DNA of 64,000 bases from Chiloscyllium plagiosum. Its lineage: Eukaryota. Both the position numbers and the translations under genes were made by a program. The stretch lies in the NCBI RefSeq assembly GCF_004010195.1, contig NC_057718.1:18868588-18932587 (forward strand). Reading direction: 5' to 3'. The notes below the pieces were generated by a model, which saw only the letters and a program-made list of their open reading frames with translations, did not search any database and was not told the DNA's origin. Numbering within the stretch: position 1 is the first letter of the stretch; every line of letters begins with the position of its first letter. Below are positions 36,671 through 50,220 of this stretch, one piece after another.

Positions 36671-38384
36671 CAGGTCAATGTGTCATAATACATGAAGGTT
36701 AAACTAACTCAGAGTCATAGAGGTTTGTAGTACAAGAAAAGGCCCTTCAGTCCATCGAGTCTGTGCCAGTCAAAATTAATTGTGGACTTATATGGAAAGT
36801 GAATGGACACAAACAGCATGAGTACAATTTCTCTTAAGTAGTTGCAGGGATCAGGTTACTAAAGTTCCATAACCACCTGAGTAATGACACTGGATATTAA
36901 ATATATATTGGCAATCAAAAGTAAATGGTGGGGTATAAGTTTCAGCCTACGACTACATAGGCAAACAGAGGTTCAGATTATATCGAGAAAGTAAATTGAT
37001 GAGGGAAAAGACCAGATCCTCATTCTCACAAAGTTTCCAAAAAGAACAAATTGCTTTTCAGCATGTTTTTCTAGTTTAAGATCTGATACTCAAGCACAAA
37101 GTTTAGTATCCAATATCACATTTTGCTTGGGTAAGCTGCAAGCCAGGTAAGATCACTTTTTTTTGTCAGCTTTTGCAAGTCACAAGACTTAATTTCAAGA
37201 AATCAGTTTACAGGATATTGGAAACTGGAACATTTTACTCGTTGAGCAAGCCAAGGACAGAACTGTCATCATAAGAGCCAAACTTGATTCAAATCTTGGA
37301 GCTTATAGAATACCTGAACTAGCAGCCAAATATAACCATTCACTGACTCCTTGTGTACTCTGGCAGAAAGGTTTTGAGAAAAGTTCCATAAAATGTCACA
37401 GAACAAAGTTATATAATGACCCACTTGTCCTACGCACTGCTTATGAGTTGACACATCACCACAGCACATAACAAACCGACACTAATGCTACACCAGCGTA
37501 GTAAAATGTACAATGAGTGGCCCAAAAGAGTTAGAGACAAATGGGCCAGACATGTAAGGGATTTTCAGCCAGAATACATTACTTTAATGGGTTGGATAAG
37601 AATGGATAAGATGTCAACCTCACAGTGCAGAGACTAAAGTGTTTTCAGTATAGTTGAGTTCCTAGAGGCAAAACTCCACTGTAGGAAGACCTCAGATCCA
37701 GTATGTCAGATTACTTCTCCGCTTTTGTTGAGTTTCACTCATTCCTACTGTTTTGGAACATTGAGTTAAGCTTTAGAAATCTACTGGTAGCTACATATCA
37801 ATGTGTGTACTTTTTAATCTGATCATTGCCTTATATCAATCTCCACACACATCTCTCCTTCCATGCCCTACTCTACCTTTCCCTGAAAAAAACTATTTAC
37901 TAATTAACTTATAATTACACTTTCATTATTCCAAGTGCCCAGCCTTTAGCCCTCTAATCACCACAATGATTGTACAGCTACTGATTTGCTGAACACCACT
38001 CGTCCCTAGTAACATCATGAAACTCACCATGTTTGTTCCTCCTAGGTATTCCTCTTAGCTCCATTTCCATAGGTTATGGCATAGCCTCAAAAGGATATGG
38101 GTCCACAACAGCTTTAAACATTCACTGTCAGATCTGGCCTCATCGCTGCTAAAATTGCTCTTGATTCTAAGATCATCCTGGAATACAAATATACTCCCCA
38201 ACTTCTTTTATCTACTTCAAATCATCTGCTTAAACCCCTTTTTCCTGTCTCCTCCACCCATGTACTCAAAATATATGGGGATGGTCAGTGGATTAACTCT
38301 CAAAATACCCCAATTTCCCATAAAAATTCATCCATGGGTTGACCAATCAGAGAAAAGTCATCCTGATATCAAGGATGCAAAGTA

Positions 38385-38600
38385 TTACCGAGGAAATGTA
38401 TGGTAAGTAAAGTCACCAAAATCCTATAGGGCCGCAGAGCTACTCCCACATAAGACAGAGTCGACTGGTGGTGGTTTAACCTGAGGGTCACCACACCTCA
38501 GGTGAGGGGAAAGGTTGAAGGGCAGAATTCTTCATGGTCACCTCAGCCAGTGTGGGAATTGAATCCTTGCTATTAGAAACACTCTGCATCGTAAACAAGA
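38385..38600 (-). mobile_element. tRNA-derived SINE (family also at about 6780-6940 and 55440-55625)
   Basis: Reverse-complement B box (gggaattgaatcc) and shared body tttaacctgagggtcaccacacctcagg. Confidence 0.55.
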
Positions 38601-38604
38601 TTCC

Positions 38605-40810
38605 AGAATGGTGCAGGACCTCCCTGGTGACAGGGTCAAGGATGCCTCAAATCAGCTAAAGGACATTCTGGAAGGAGGAGTTGTTCAGCCAGTGGCTATG
38701 GTACACATTGCTACAAGCAACATAGGTTTAAAAAGGGATGTGGCCCGAAAAGCTGAATACAGGGAGTTGGGCAGTAAGTTTAAAAGTAGGACCTCAGAGT
38801 TAGTGATCTCAGGATTACTATAAATGTGAACTGCTAGTCAGAGTAGAACTAACAGGAAATATCAGATGAATATGAGGCTGAAGAGATGGTGCAAGAACAA
38901 GGCTTTCAGATTTCTGAGGCATTGGGACTCATTCCGGGGGAGGTGGAACAAGTAAAATTGAACGTGTTTACACACCTGGCCAGGATGTTTTGGGGGCATA
39001 TTTGCTCGAGTGGTTGGAGAGGTTAGAAACTGAATTAAAGGTGGATGGGAATCTATGAAAGAAGTCAGGGGAAGGGGAATCAAGGAGAAGAACAAAAGAC
39101 AGAAAGAGGAATCAGTCAAGTGATAGTCGAAGAAATCAAGGGCTAGGATCAAACAGGGACACAGTGAAAAATAATGGGAACAGGATAAGTAAAATTTAAA
39201 CCATAAGCCTTAAGGTTTTGTGCCATAATGGTGCAGAATATTTACAATAAAGGGATTAGTTAATCACAAAATAGATGAAAACAGGCATCAGAAAGTCAGG
39301 AATATAGAGACATAGCTGCAGGGTGACCAAGGATGGGAATAGAATGTCCAAGAATATTCTGTATTTAGGAAGGAGCTAAAAAGCCAAAGGCAATGGAGTT
39401 GTATTGGTGATTAAAGAGGAAATTAAGGCAGTAGTGACGATATTAGCTTGGATGATATGAAATATCTACAGGGAAAGCTGTGAAACGCTAAGGGGCAAAG
39501 AACATTAGTGGGGGTTGTATAAAACTCCTAAACTGTAAGGATGATGTTGGAAATGGTATTAAAGAGCAAATTAAGATATCTGCTATAAAAGAACATCTTT
39601 AATTATGTATGACTTTCATCTGCATATAGATTGAGCAAGTCAAATTAGTATCAATACTGAGAGGAGGAATTTCTGGAGTGAATATAGAATGGTTTTCTGG
39701 ACCAATACATTCAGGAACCAACTAGAAAACAGGCCTTCATAGTCTGTGTGCTGTATAATGAAAAAGGAGCAATTGGCAATCTAGTTGTGTGAAGCCCCTT
39801 GGGGATGAGTGACCATAATATGATGGAATTCTTCATTCAAGATGAAGAATAATGTAGTTGATTTTAAGGCTAAGGTCCTGAATCTAAACAGAGGAAACTA
39901 TGATGGTATGAGGTATGAGTTGGCTATGATAGATTTGGGAACATTGCTTAAAGAGATAATGGTGGAAAGGAATTGGCAAACAATTAAAGAGCACATGGGT
40001 GAATTGCAAAAATTGTTCATGCAAAAGTAAAACAGGAAAGATAGCCAAACTATGGCTTACAACAAAAATTAGAGCTGGTTTTAGGTCCAAAGAAAAGGCA
40101 TTCAAATTGACCAGACTTAAGGAATGGGAACAGTTTAGATTTCAGTAAAGGAAGACAAAGGGATTGATTAAGAAAGGGAAAATAGAGTATGAGACTAAGC
40201 AAGCGGGGAACATAAAAACTGACTCAAGGTTATTGATATGTGCAGAGAAAAAGATTGGTGGAGAGAAATGTCAGAAAATAGGAGAATCTATAATGGGGAA
40301 CAAAGAAGTGGCCGCACCCCCGATGCTCCCAGCCTCATTCCTAATGAAGGGGTTTTGTCTGATCATTGATTTTCCTGCTCCTTGGATGCTGCCTGACCTG
40401 CTGTGCTTTTCCAGCATCACTCTAATCTTTACCAACTAATTACCTATTTTGGTTCTGTGTTCATAAAGGATGACACAAATAACATACCAGAAATGTTGGG
40501 AAACATAGAGTTTAGTGAGAGGGAAGAACTGAAGGAAATCAGTAATACTAGCGAAATGGTATTGGGGAAGTTGATGAATTGAAGGCTGATAAATCCCCAG
40601 GTCAGATAATCTACATCCCAGAGTACTTAAGGAAGTGGCCTAGAAATAATATATGCATTAATGTAACCCCTATACTGGAAAAGAGAGGTAGAGAGAAAAC
40701 CAGGAATTATAGACCAGACAGCCTGACTCAGTCGTGGGCAAAATGCCAGAGGCCATTATAAAAGATTTAACAATAGATACTTGGAAAACAACGCTAGGAT
40801 CAGACAGCAC
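38605..40810 (+). mobile_element. CR1 LINE: ORF1 SGNH-esterase-like domain and ORF2 endonuclease region
   Basis: LPGDRVKD..LEGGVVQPVAMVHIATSNIG..SELVISGLL (CR1 ORF1 esterase); ORF2 motifs GMSDHNMMEF, KADKSPG and NYRP. Confidence 0.85.
40312..40432 (+). mobile_element. Degenerate family A PLE terminus nested in CR1
   Basis: attcctaatgaaggggttttgtctga...gatgctgcctgacctgctgtgcttttccagc. Confidence 0.75.
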
Positions 40811-41184
40811 TAAAGTCAGCTATCCTAGCTATGTCTCCTCTTTCCATTTACAAGATTTGATCAAACACTCCATAATGCCCCCATCCCTAATTTCTCTCCT
40901 ATTTCATCTCATCCCTCTCCAATCTCATCCAGTCCATACGGCCTGTTGCTTCCTCATTTCTACTAAACTGCTGAGCATGCACAAAATGAATTCAGGTTTT
41001 AAGCCTTTTATTTAGCACACCAACTAAAATCAGCATTGACGAAATGTTACTTCGTGTTTACAACAGAAATGATAATCCTTATTAACATACTAGATGTCAG
41101 ATAATTCTGCACCACATCTATACAGTATAATACCCTCTTCACAGGATTGCCATACTTATAGGGTACAATCAATATTTGCTAGCA

Positions 41185-41420
41185 AATAAAAACAAAGAAC
41201 AGCAGATGCTGGAACTCTGAAACAAAAATGGGAATTGCAGGAGAATCTCAGCAGGTCTGGCAGCATCTGTGGAGAGATTTTATTCCTGATGAAGGGCTTT
41301 TGCCCGAAACGTCGATTTCGCTGCTGCCTGAACTGCTGTGCTCTTCCAGCACCACTAATCCAGAATCTGTGGAGAGAAAGCAGAGTCACCATCTCAGGTC
41401 CAGTAAACCTTCTATCAGTT
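41185..41420 (-). mobile_element. Older PLE terminus (family D) hosting a younger mini-PLE
   Basis: gcagatgctggaactctgaaacaaaaat..ctcagcaggtctggcagcatctgtggagaga, similar to 58365-58586. Confidence 0.65.
41278..41364 (+). mobile_element. 87-bp PLE insert: intact hammerhead motif (41282-41317) and short tail
   Basis: AUUC-CUGAUGA-A-GGGC(UUUU)GCCC-GAAA-C-GUC^-GAUU; 13-bp TSD atctgtggagaga at 41265-41277 and 41365-41377. Confidence 0.88.
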
Positions 41421-41847
41421 TATTATCAGTTTTCAATGGGAATACATTTCCCCATTCCGCTGAGTCGTAATGTCCAAAGATAACTTCTTTTGTCTGCGTG
41501 TGTGTCTCTCTAATTCTGTCTAAACAATTGTTAGACTGGAAGACTATACAGAGTCAGTGCAGTTGCTTCTGCCTTTGATTTCACCTCACTCGCAGTAATC
41601 TTAACCTAGAATCCCAGTCTTCTAGGTAACCAACCAGCAAAGACCTGCTGTCAATCAGAACTATAACAGATTAAATGGCCATTTTCATTCTTCCATTTTG
41701 CTTTGAAATAGAGACAATCCAAAACATATTATTCTTATAAAACCTTGCATTTTTAATAAATGTATATGTGCCTTGGGGATGGAATGCAACTTTTACAATG
41801 TATTTGTTTTATTTACTCATGGTTGCTCATCCCTGAATTCTCAGTTG

Positions 41848-42044
41848 GAAATGTGTTGCTGGAAAAGCGCAGCAGGTCTGGCAGCATCTAGGGAACAGGA
41901 GAATCGACGTTTCAGGCATTAGCCCTTCTTCAGGAATGCCCGAAACGTCGATTCTTCTGTTCCCTAGATGCTGCCTGACCTGCTGCGCTTTTCCAGCAAC
42001 ACATTTCCATCTCTGATCTCCAGCATCCGCAGACCTCACTTTCT
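41848..42044. mobile_element. Palindromic mini-PLE (family A)
   Basis: Inverted arms at about 41848-41920 and 41936-42008; minus hammerhead motif at 41902-41937; 16-bp TSD cctgaattctcagttg at 41832-41847 and 42045-42060. Confidence 0.9.
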
Positions 42045-43379
42045 CCTGAATTCTCAGTTGTACAGAAAAGAGGAGAAAACAAAAGTTTATTTTTGTTTAC
42101 ACTTGTAAGAAATGAGGTAATTATTTAAATACAATATTGGGATAAAAGGTACACTCTGCTCTATTGAAATAGTTTCTTTTTGGTTTGATATTCAAGCTCT
42201 TGTGATGGCTTAGAACATGGAGATGTGTGCAGGGAACACTGCAATGTGATGTTGGAATGTGCAATAATGAAGGTTAAAGGCCAGCGATAGGAACCATTCA
42301 TCTTCCAATAATAAATAGGAGAGGAACAAAAGTTTCATTCTGCAAAAGCAAGTATTCCAGCTGACTGGATTTGCTTCCTGCATCAACACAAACAGGGAAC
42401 ATAAATGCATTTTGATGTACAAACATCCAACTTCTGAATGATCATACTTATGAATGCGATCCTACACAGGAGCTTAACCCAATATATGAATTTCCTGCAC
42501 TTACAGGATTATATTGTCTGCATTATATTGTCCTGTATTGTATTTCAACTTATGTACAGATCGACTTGCGAATAGATTGAGGAACAGAATCTGTTGGCAA
42601 TGTGGGACCCCCTGAACACAAACTGCATTGTAACAAGAAAAATTGTTTCAAGATGAGGTACTCTTTACAGGATTCCTACCTCTGACTTGCACTTGGAGCC
42701 ACAGAATTTATAGGTTTTTTTACACATCAACCTCTTCAGATATGTTAGGACACACCTCAGGAACAAGTGGGACTTGAACCCAAGTCTTTACCGCAGAGAA
42801 TAAGATTCATATCTCAGACCAACATACCAATGGTATTGCAGTATTTATATAGCTAGTCCAATTCAGTTTCTGGTGAATGATTAACACTCTCTCTGCCAAC
42901 AACACCCTGCCCCCTTCCTAGACCCACAAAAAGATATTAAGAGTGGTGTTTCAAGATTTAATGCAATCTTAGGAGGTGCATGCATACTGGGAGTTCCCAG
43001 TATTTTCAAGACCGAAAGCGATCATAGCTAATTAAAAGATTACTTTCTTATAAATAAGGAAATTGGGAACCCTCTGGTCACCTTAGTTTCAAGCTGGCCT
43101 GATAGTTAGTTATTTATTATTTGCAATTTCCTCAGTCAGTCATCTTTTACAGGTTGGATATGGAACCTGGTTCATTGACAAGTCCCAGAACAATTGATTG
43201 TCACTTGAGTCAAGAATTTTTTTTTTTTGCCTTTTTGTTTGTATTCGCCTGATGAGTGTAGCTAACAAGATCAACATTTATTGCTCATCCAAGGTTATTT
43301 CTGGGAAGCCAGTGCGCACGCCTGTGACTCAGCGTGGCCTGAGTGAAGGAAATGCCACAGCTCTTTTGCAACAGTAATA

Positions 43380-44525
43380 TGTCTGATTTTTCACTTCCGC
43401 TACATTTTTCTGCCTTTGCCCATGTCATTTAATTCCCTTCATGTCCAAAAATGTGTTCACCTCTGACTTACATTCAAGGACTGTGCATCCACTGCTGCAG
43501 AGTCATAAAATCATACAGTATAAAACAGGCCTTTTGGCCTATCAATTTTGTGTTAAATCTACATTAGTCCCATATTCCAGCACTTGACCCATGACCTTGA
43601 ATATTATAACATGTCAGGTGCTCATCCAAGTACTTTGAGTTTTCCTGCTTCAAATATCCTCCCAAGTAGTTCCAGACATTCCAGGCCCTCACTATCCTGA
43701 GTAAGAGAAAGTTTTTCCTCACTCCCTACTAAATGACCTGCATTTCATCTTTAAGTTATGCCCTACTGTTAATGACCCTATAACTAAGGAGAATAGCTGT
43801 TTTCTATCCACCCTGTCCGTGCCTCTCATAGTCTTATACACCTCGATCAGGTGTACTTGCGACCTTCGTTACTCCAAAGAAAACACTCAGCCCAAGATTA
43901 TCTAGTCTCTCTCCATAGCTAATCTGCTCCATCTGAAATAGCATTCTAGTGAATCGCCAGTGCAGTCATATCTCTATCAAAATGAAGTGACCATACATGC
44001 ACACAGTACTCCAGGTGTAGCCTAACCAAAGATTTGTACAGCTTGCTGCTCTTATAATTTATGCCATGACTGATGAAGGTGTATGCTGCCTTAACTGCTA
44101 CTGCCCTGTTGCCTTCTAGGACTTGTGGACAAGCACCCTGAAATCCCGTTGTTCCTCTGGGCTTTCTAGTATCCTGCCTTTTATTGGATACTCTCTTGTC
44201 TTGTTCCTTCTTCCAAAGTGCCTCATCTCATCTTTTTCACAATTAAGTTCTATCTGCCATCAGTATGCCCATTTGATCAAACTGTTTATAGCTTTCAGTA
44301 ACCTAAGAACTTCCTCCTCACTGTCAACCATCAGGTCAATCCTGTGTCTTATCATTCACAAACATTTCACTCTCTCTCTTTCCTTCTCTCTCTCTCTCCC
44401 CTTTCCGTGTCCCCCACAACCCTTACATTCTTTCCTGCATTGTTTATATTATATATGACAAACAAATAAAGGGACCCAACATTGATTCCTGTGGTAAGCC
44501 ACTGGACACTGGCCTCCAGTCACAC
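43380..44525 (-). mobile_element. CR1 3' fragments
   Basis: Reverse-complement motifs GLPQESMLGP and LVRLHLEYCVHVWSLH; (ctatga)-type tails. Confidence 0.7.
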
Positions 44526-44639
44526 ATGCATTGCCCAGAAGGCATTGTTCTGGATCTGGAGTCATATGTAGACCAAACCAGGATGGCAGTTTCCTTCCCT
44601 AAAGGACATTAGTGAACGAGATAAGTTTGTCCTGACATG

Positions 44640-45337
44640 GGCTAATGGTAAGATTCTTGGCAGTGTAGATGAGCAGAGAGATCTCAGTGCCGATGTACAT
44701 AGATCCCTGAAAGTTGCTACCTAGGTTGATAGGGTTGTTAAGAAAGCGTATGGTGTGTTAGCTTTTATTGGTATAGGGATTGAGTTTCAGAGCCATGAGA
44801 TCATGTTGCAGCTGAATAAAACTCTGGTGCAGCTGCACTTGGAGTAGTGTGTACACTTCTGGTCACCGCATTATAGGAAGGATGTGGAAAGGGTGCAAAG
44901 GAGATTTACCAGGATATTAACTGGTATGGAGGGATGGTCTTATGAGGAAAGGCTGAGGGACTTGAGGCTGTTTTCGTTAGAAGAAGGTTAAGAGGTGACT
45001 TAATAGAGGCATACAAGATGATCAGAGGATTAGATAGGATGAACAATAAGAACCCTTTTCCTTGGATGGTGATGGCTAGCATGAAGGACCATAACTTTAA
45101 ATAGAGGGGTGATAGATATAGAACAGATGTCAGAGGTAAGTTCTTTACTCACAGAGTAGTAAGGATGTGGAATGCCCTGCCTGCAACTGATGTGAACTCG
45201 TCAACATTAAGGGCATTTAAATGGTCATTGGATAATAATGGAATGGTGTAGGTTAGATGGGCTTTAGATTTGTTTCACAGGTCAGCGCAACATCGAGAGC
45301 CAAAGGGCCTGTACTGTGCTGTAATGTTCTATGTTCT
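44640..45337 (+). mobile_element. CR1 3' portion with (gttctat)n tail
   Basis: KAYGVLAFIG.GIEFQS..HLE.CVHFWSPHYRKDV. Confidence 0.85.
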
Positions 45338-45640
45338 ACGGTGCTCAGTGGTTAGCACTGCCGCATCATAGGACCAGGGACCCATGCTTAATTTCAGCCT
45401 CAGGCAGCTGCCTACCTGGAATTTGCACGTGCTCTCCGTGTCTGTGTGAGTATCCTTTGGGTGCTCCGGTTTCCTCCCTCTGTCTAAAGATGTGCAGGTT
45501 AGGTGGATTGGCCATACCAATTGCCCTGTGGTGTGCAGGATTACAGGGATAGCGTAGGGAGTCTGGGTGGGCTGCTCTTCGGAAGGACGGTGTGGACCCG
45601 ATATGCCAAATGCCCTGCTTCCACACTGTAGGAATTTTAC
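45338..45640 (+). mobile_element. Degenerate HE1-type V-SINE
   Basis: gctcagtggttagcactg head, V-domain and ttccacactgtagg tail. Confidence 0.8.
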
Positions 45641-45644
45641 TTAT

Positions 45645-46290
45645 GATAGTGGTGAAGAAGGCATTAGATATGCTTGCTTTTATTGGTCAGTGCATAGAGT
45701 ATAGGAGGTCGGATGTCTTTTTGCAGCTTTACAGTACATTGGTTAGACCACTTTTGCAATATTGCATGCAATTATGGTTTCCCTACTATAGGAAAGATGT
45801 TGTGAAACTTGAAAGGATTCAGAAAAGATTTACAAGGATGTTACCAGGGTTGGAGAGTTTGAGTTATCAGGGGAGGCTGAATGGGCTGGGGCTGTTTTCC
45901 CTGGAATTTGGAGCCTGAGGGGTGATCTTATGGAAGTTTATAAAATAATGAGGAGCATGGATTGGTTGAATACCGAGGTCTTTTCCCCAGGGTAATGGAG
46001 TCCAAAACTAGAGGGCATAGGTTTAAGGTGAGAAGGGAAAGATTTAAAAGGGACCTAATGGGCAACCTTTTCATGCAGAGTGTGGTGCATTGTATGCAAT
46101 GAGCTGTCAGAGGAAGTGGTGGAGGCTGGTATAATTACAACATTTAAAATGGATGGGTATATGAATAGGAAGGGTTCAGGGGAAATGGGCCACATGCTGG
46201 CAAATTGGACTAGGTTAATTTAGGATGCCTGGTCAGCATGGAGCAGTTGGTCCCAAGGGTCTGTTTCCATGTTATACATCTCTATGACGC
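45645..46290 (+). mobile_element. CR1 3' portion
   Basis: ORF LYSTLVRPLLQYCMQLWFPYYRKDVVKLERIQKRFTRMLPGLESLSY. Confidence 0.9.
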
Positions 46291-46504
46291 TGTTAGGCTT
46301 CACAAACGTTAAGATAAGGGTGCAACATGTTCGCATAAACTTCCTTGACTGCAAATGTTGTATTAGGTATTTGGTAATGTAATGGTTAATATTGAGGAAT
46401 GCATTAAATTTCACCCAATCTGATGATGTCATATGGGCCTGGGGAGGGAGAGCACAGCTGTGGATCTAGGTCTTCTCATGTCTTAGTAACAATTTCGATC
46501 ATAT

Positions 46505-47564
46505 TGTTATGAAGATGTGGGTATACCTTGAAGACAGTTGGCAGAAGTCTTAGGATGTTTTAAAGATAAGAAAATGAGACTATTTCATTGGAGTCTTATG
46601 TTACAAACTTTTAATTTAAAAATCATACATGTTGCGGGTCGGAAGAATGCAATCGCAGATACATTATCGTGGATTTAACTGATAGAATTTAGATGAGATT
46701 TGTCTTCATTTAATGTTTTATGTATATATACACAGGAAGAGATTAAGGTGAACTTATATTAAAGTTATCTATATGTTAGGATAATGTGTTTAAAAAGTAG
46801 AGAAAGAAAATGAAGCCACCTTTTCACATTATGGTTCATTTTTTCTTTGCGGGGGAGGTGTTATGAAGATGTGGATATACCTTGAAGAGAGGTAAAAGCA
46901 GCAGAACTACCAGACCCAGCACCAAGTGTACTCAAAAATGGTAACAATGTAATACTGAGTCGAACCACTCGATTAGTTTGTTGTTTGGAGACAAAAATAA
47001 ATTCAAATTCGGCCTATCAGTTTAAATTATACCTGAAGCATATCAAATTCCAATCAAGATTGACTTGAGTATATTGACAATCTTAAAAGCCAATGACACA
47101 ATCCGGTGCTCTGGGGTATAAGACCGGGGAAAATTGAACAGTTGAGAGGAGAACTGCCACAGCCCAACATGTAAACAGACTGCTTGAAAACAGCTCTCCC
47201 TTAAAAGCACCTTTTCAATCAGTAACCTGTGATGCAGAAATTCCTAACAAGGAGAAAAGAAGACACAGGAAACAAAAACAAGAACCTACAGCTGCCAGGT
47301 TTTGAGATAAAAAGAGTTGCTTTGTAAATCTTAATCGGCAGTTTTATCAGACTAGTATTAGGGAAGGGAAGATAACAGACAGGTTGGAGAAAGAAATTGT
47401 AAATAGTGGTTAGTTGATTATTATCTATTTTAAGAAGTAAAGTTTTTAATTTTACTTTACATAGTTCTTGGCCACTTGATTTTTTAGAAATTACTGCACA
47501 GGAGAAATCTTTTCTATGTTGCTGGTTTTAAATTAAGCAGGAGAGTTTACCCCATGTTATAACA
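46505..47564 (+). mobile_element. Internally deleted Gypsy (Gmr1-like) provirus: 5' LTR stub, RNase H C-terminus, PPT and full 3' LTR (46859-47564)
   Basis: tgttatgaagatgtgg(g/a)tataccttgaaga repeated at 46505 and 46859; peptide RLFHWSLMLQTFNLKIIHVAGRKNAIADTLS*; PPT gcgggggagg; termini TGTTAT...ATAACA; flanks atat/agat. Confidence 0.8.
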
Positions 47565-48059
47565 AGATTAATGTAACTTGTACCTAATAGTTAAAATGCA
47601 ATAAACTACTTATTGTTTCAGACAAAAACTCCTCTCATTCGATTGCTTAGTGGCTTTCCTCGATTTCTGATGACAATCCAGGCTGAGTTGATCTCAATCT
47701 AAAATGAGAATGGTAGCAGCAAATTTATCTTCTGATGATCAAGAGTCCAACTACCTCATACAACAGGATGAGCAGTGGTGAAAATCCATGCTACAATAGC
47801 TATTTTTCATCCCATGGGTTACTTTTACATTAAAATTGTGATAAAAGTAATTGCACAGAAACATTTTCAATGCTCAAGTGCTAATTCACATATGACATAG
47901 TTTCAATGGTGTTACTGAAACAAAGCATAATCTGAAACAAATTCTGAAACTGAGTGACTGAAGTGCAGAAACTAAATGTTATTAAGTACATAAATATTAT
48001 GTGACTGATGGTGAGTGCTGTAGATACATAGTTCATGTGCTATTGATAACAAATTCTGT

Positions 48060-48805
48060 TCAAAGTTTGGGTGAAGATTTGTAGCTCGGGTGCTCGTTGT
48101 TGTGGTTCTGTTTGCCGAGCTGGAAATTTTTGTTGCAAACGTTTCGTCCCCTGTCTAGGTGACATCCTCAGTGCTTGGGAGCCTCCTGTGAAGCGCTTCT
48201 GTGGTGTTTCCTCCGGCATTTATAGTGGCCTGTCCCTGCCCCTTCCGGTTTTCAGTTTCAGCTGTCCGCTGTAGTGGCCGGTATATTGGGTCCAGGTCGA
48301 TGTGTTTGTTGATGGAGTTTGTGGATGAGTGCCATGCTTCTAGGAATTCCCTGGCTGTTCTTTGTTTCGCTTGCCCTAGAATGGTAGTGTTGTCCCAGTC
48401 AAATTCATGTAGCTTGTCGTCTGCGTGTGTGGCTATGAGGGATAGCTGGTCGTGTCGTTTCGTGGCTAGTTAATGTTCGTGGNNNNNNNNNNNNNNNNNN
48501 NNNNNNNNNNNNNNNNNNNNNNNNNNNNNNNNNNNNNNNNNNNNNNNNNNNNNNNNNNNNNNNNNNNNNNNNNNNNNATCCACAAACTCCATCAACAAAC
48601 ACATCGACCTGGACCCAATATACCGGCCACTACAGCAGACAGCTGAAACTGACAACCGGAAGCGGCAGAGACAAGCCACTATAAATGCCGGAGGAAACAC
48701 CACAGAAGCGCTTCACAGGAGGCTCCCAAGCACTGAGGATGACACCTAGACAGGGGACGAAACGTTTGCAACAAAAATTTGCAGCTCGGCAAACAGAACC
48801 ACAAC
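48060..48805. mobile_element. Young Poseidon-like PLE with inverted pLTRs around an assembly gap; hammerhead motifs at 48135-48174 (-) and 48730-48769 (+)
   Basis: Near-perfect inverted arms; 12-bp TSD aacaaattctgt at 48048-48059 and 48806-48817; GIY-YIG C-terminal remnant on the minus strand (REFLEAWHS). Confidence 0.9.
48483..48577. other. Assembly gap (run of N)
   Basis: N residues. Confidence 1.
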
Positions 48806-49254
48806 AACAAATTCTGTAATTACGTAGCCCATGCATTATTGATGTTCTGTGCTGTAAATATATTAGCCTTGAATTATCAATACATGATGCAATAAGTACA
48901 TAATGTAAATGTTGCTAATACTGAGTTCTGTAAGTACACAACTCAGATGTTATTGTTAATGAGTTGAGTAAACATATATGAAAGACAAAACCAACCTGCT
49001 TTTAATCACATTTCTAGCATAGAACACATCTCTGTCTCGGGGGATCTAAGATGGCGGTGATCTGAGAGGTCTGCATCTCAGTTCAGGCAAAGTAGGACTC
49101 TCACCTCCACGATTAAATTAATTCTATGAAAATTCGGTATTTAAAGAGCTTTTGAACTCTTAGAATGTATACAAATTCTGTGATAAAGTCTGCTTGATTA
49201 AAGAAACATGACAAAAGGTAAAGGCTCTGACAAGTTCCAACGTACAGGATCCTC

Positions 49255-50220
49255 ACCTGAGCAATTGGACACTTCTGCGACGATAACTGCCATTCCTAGA
49301 TGTCACAGTAGAGCGAACAGCCAATGGGGAACTTCAAATCAGCGTCTACAGGAAAACAACACATATGGACTGAATATTGAACTACAGAAGCAATCACCCC
49401 AATATCCACAAATGAAGCTGCATCAGAACATTACTCCAACGAGCCACACACACTGCAGCACAGAGGAACAATGCAGAGCAGAGGAAAATCACCTATGCAG
49501 TGTATTCAAAATGAACAGGTACCCAATGAACACAGTCCGCAGATTTCTCAGCAACAAATCCAAACAAGCAAACAAAACACGTCCTGAAACCCTAGACACT
49601 CTCCCCTGCATCAAAGACATCTCGGAAATGACTGCCAGACTACTCAGACCCCTTGGCATCATAGTGGCCCACAAACTCAACAACGCACTAAAACAGCAGC
49701 TAATGAACTTGAAAGACCCTATACAGACAACAAGCAAAACTAATGTCATTTACAAAATACAACGCAAGGACTGTAACAAACACTACATTGGATAAACAGG
49801 CAGAAAACTAGTCACCAGGATACATGTCACCAACTAGCCACAAAAAGACATGACCCACTCTCACTAATATCTTTACAAACAGATGAAGAAGGACACCACT
49901 TCGACTGGGACAACACACCCATCCTAGGACAAACCAAACAGAGAGACACACGAGAATTCCTAGAAGCACAGCATTCCAACCGGAACTCTATTAACAAACA
50001 CATCGAGTTAGACCCCATCTGCCACCCCCTGAGAAAAGGAGCAGGAAATGATGTCACCACAGGAAATGACAGCACCAACCCAAAGAAACCCAAACATATA
50101 AATAGGAAGCAGGAATTATCAACAAAGCTTTGCCTGGAGGTCCACTCAAGATGTTACCTAGTAGGGTGACGAAAAGTCTGGAAATGAACATTCCAGCTCA
50201 GCGAGCAAACCTACATCCAG
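49255..50220 (+). mobile_element. 5'-truncated Poseidon-like PLE (RT thumb, GIY-YIG and pLTR; mutated hammerhead motif at 50142-50181)
   Basis: LPFLDVTVER..SVYRKTTH; TLPCIKDISEMTARLLRPLGI..KDP..NVIYKIQRKDCNKHYIG*TGR. Confidence 0.9.

Noticed and set aside
42440..42620. Possible Tigger-like MITE end
   Set aside because: Only one degenerate TIR-like end seen; no partner TIR or TSD identified
43245..43285. CTGATGAG resembling a hammerhead core
   Set aside because: No stem II or GAAA follows; the context is a decayed LINE/SINE tail
49208..49795. 195-aa ORF as a host gene
   Set aside because: Chance fusion of the L1 ORF1 start with out-of-frame and then in-frame PLE sequence
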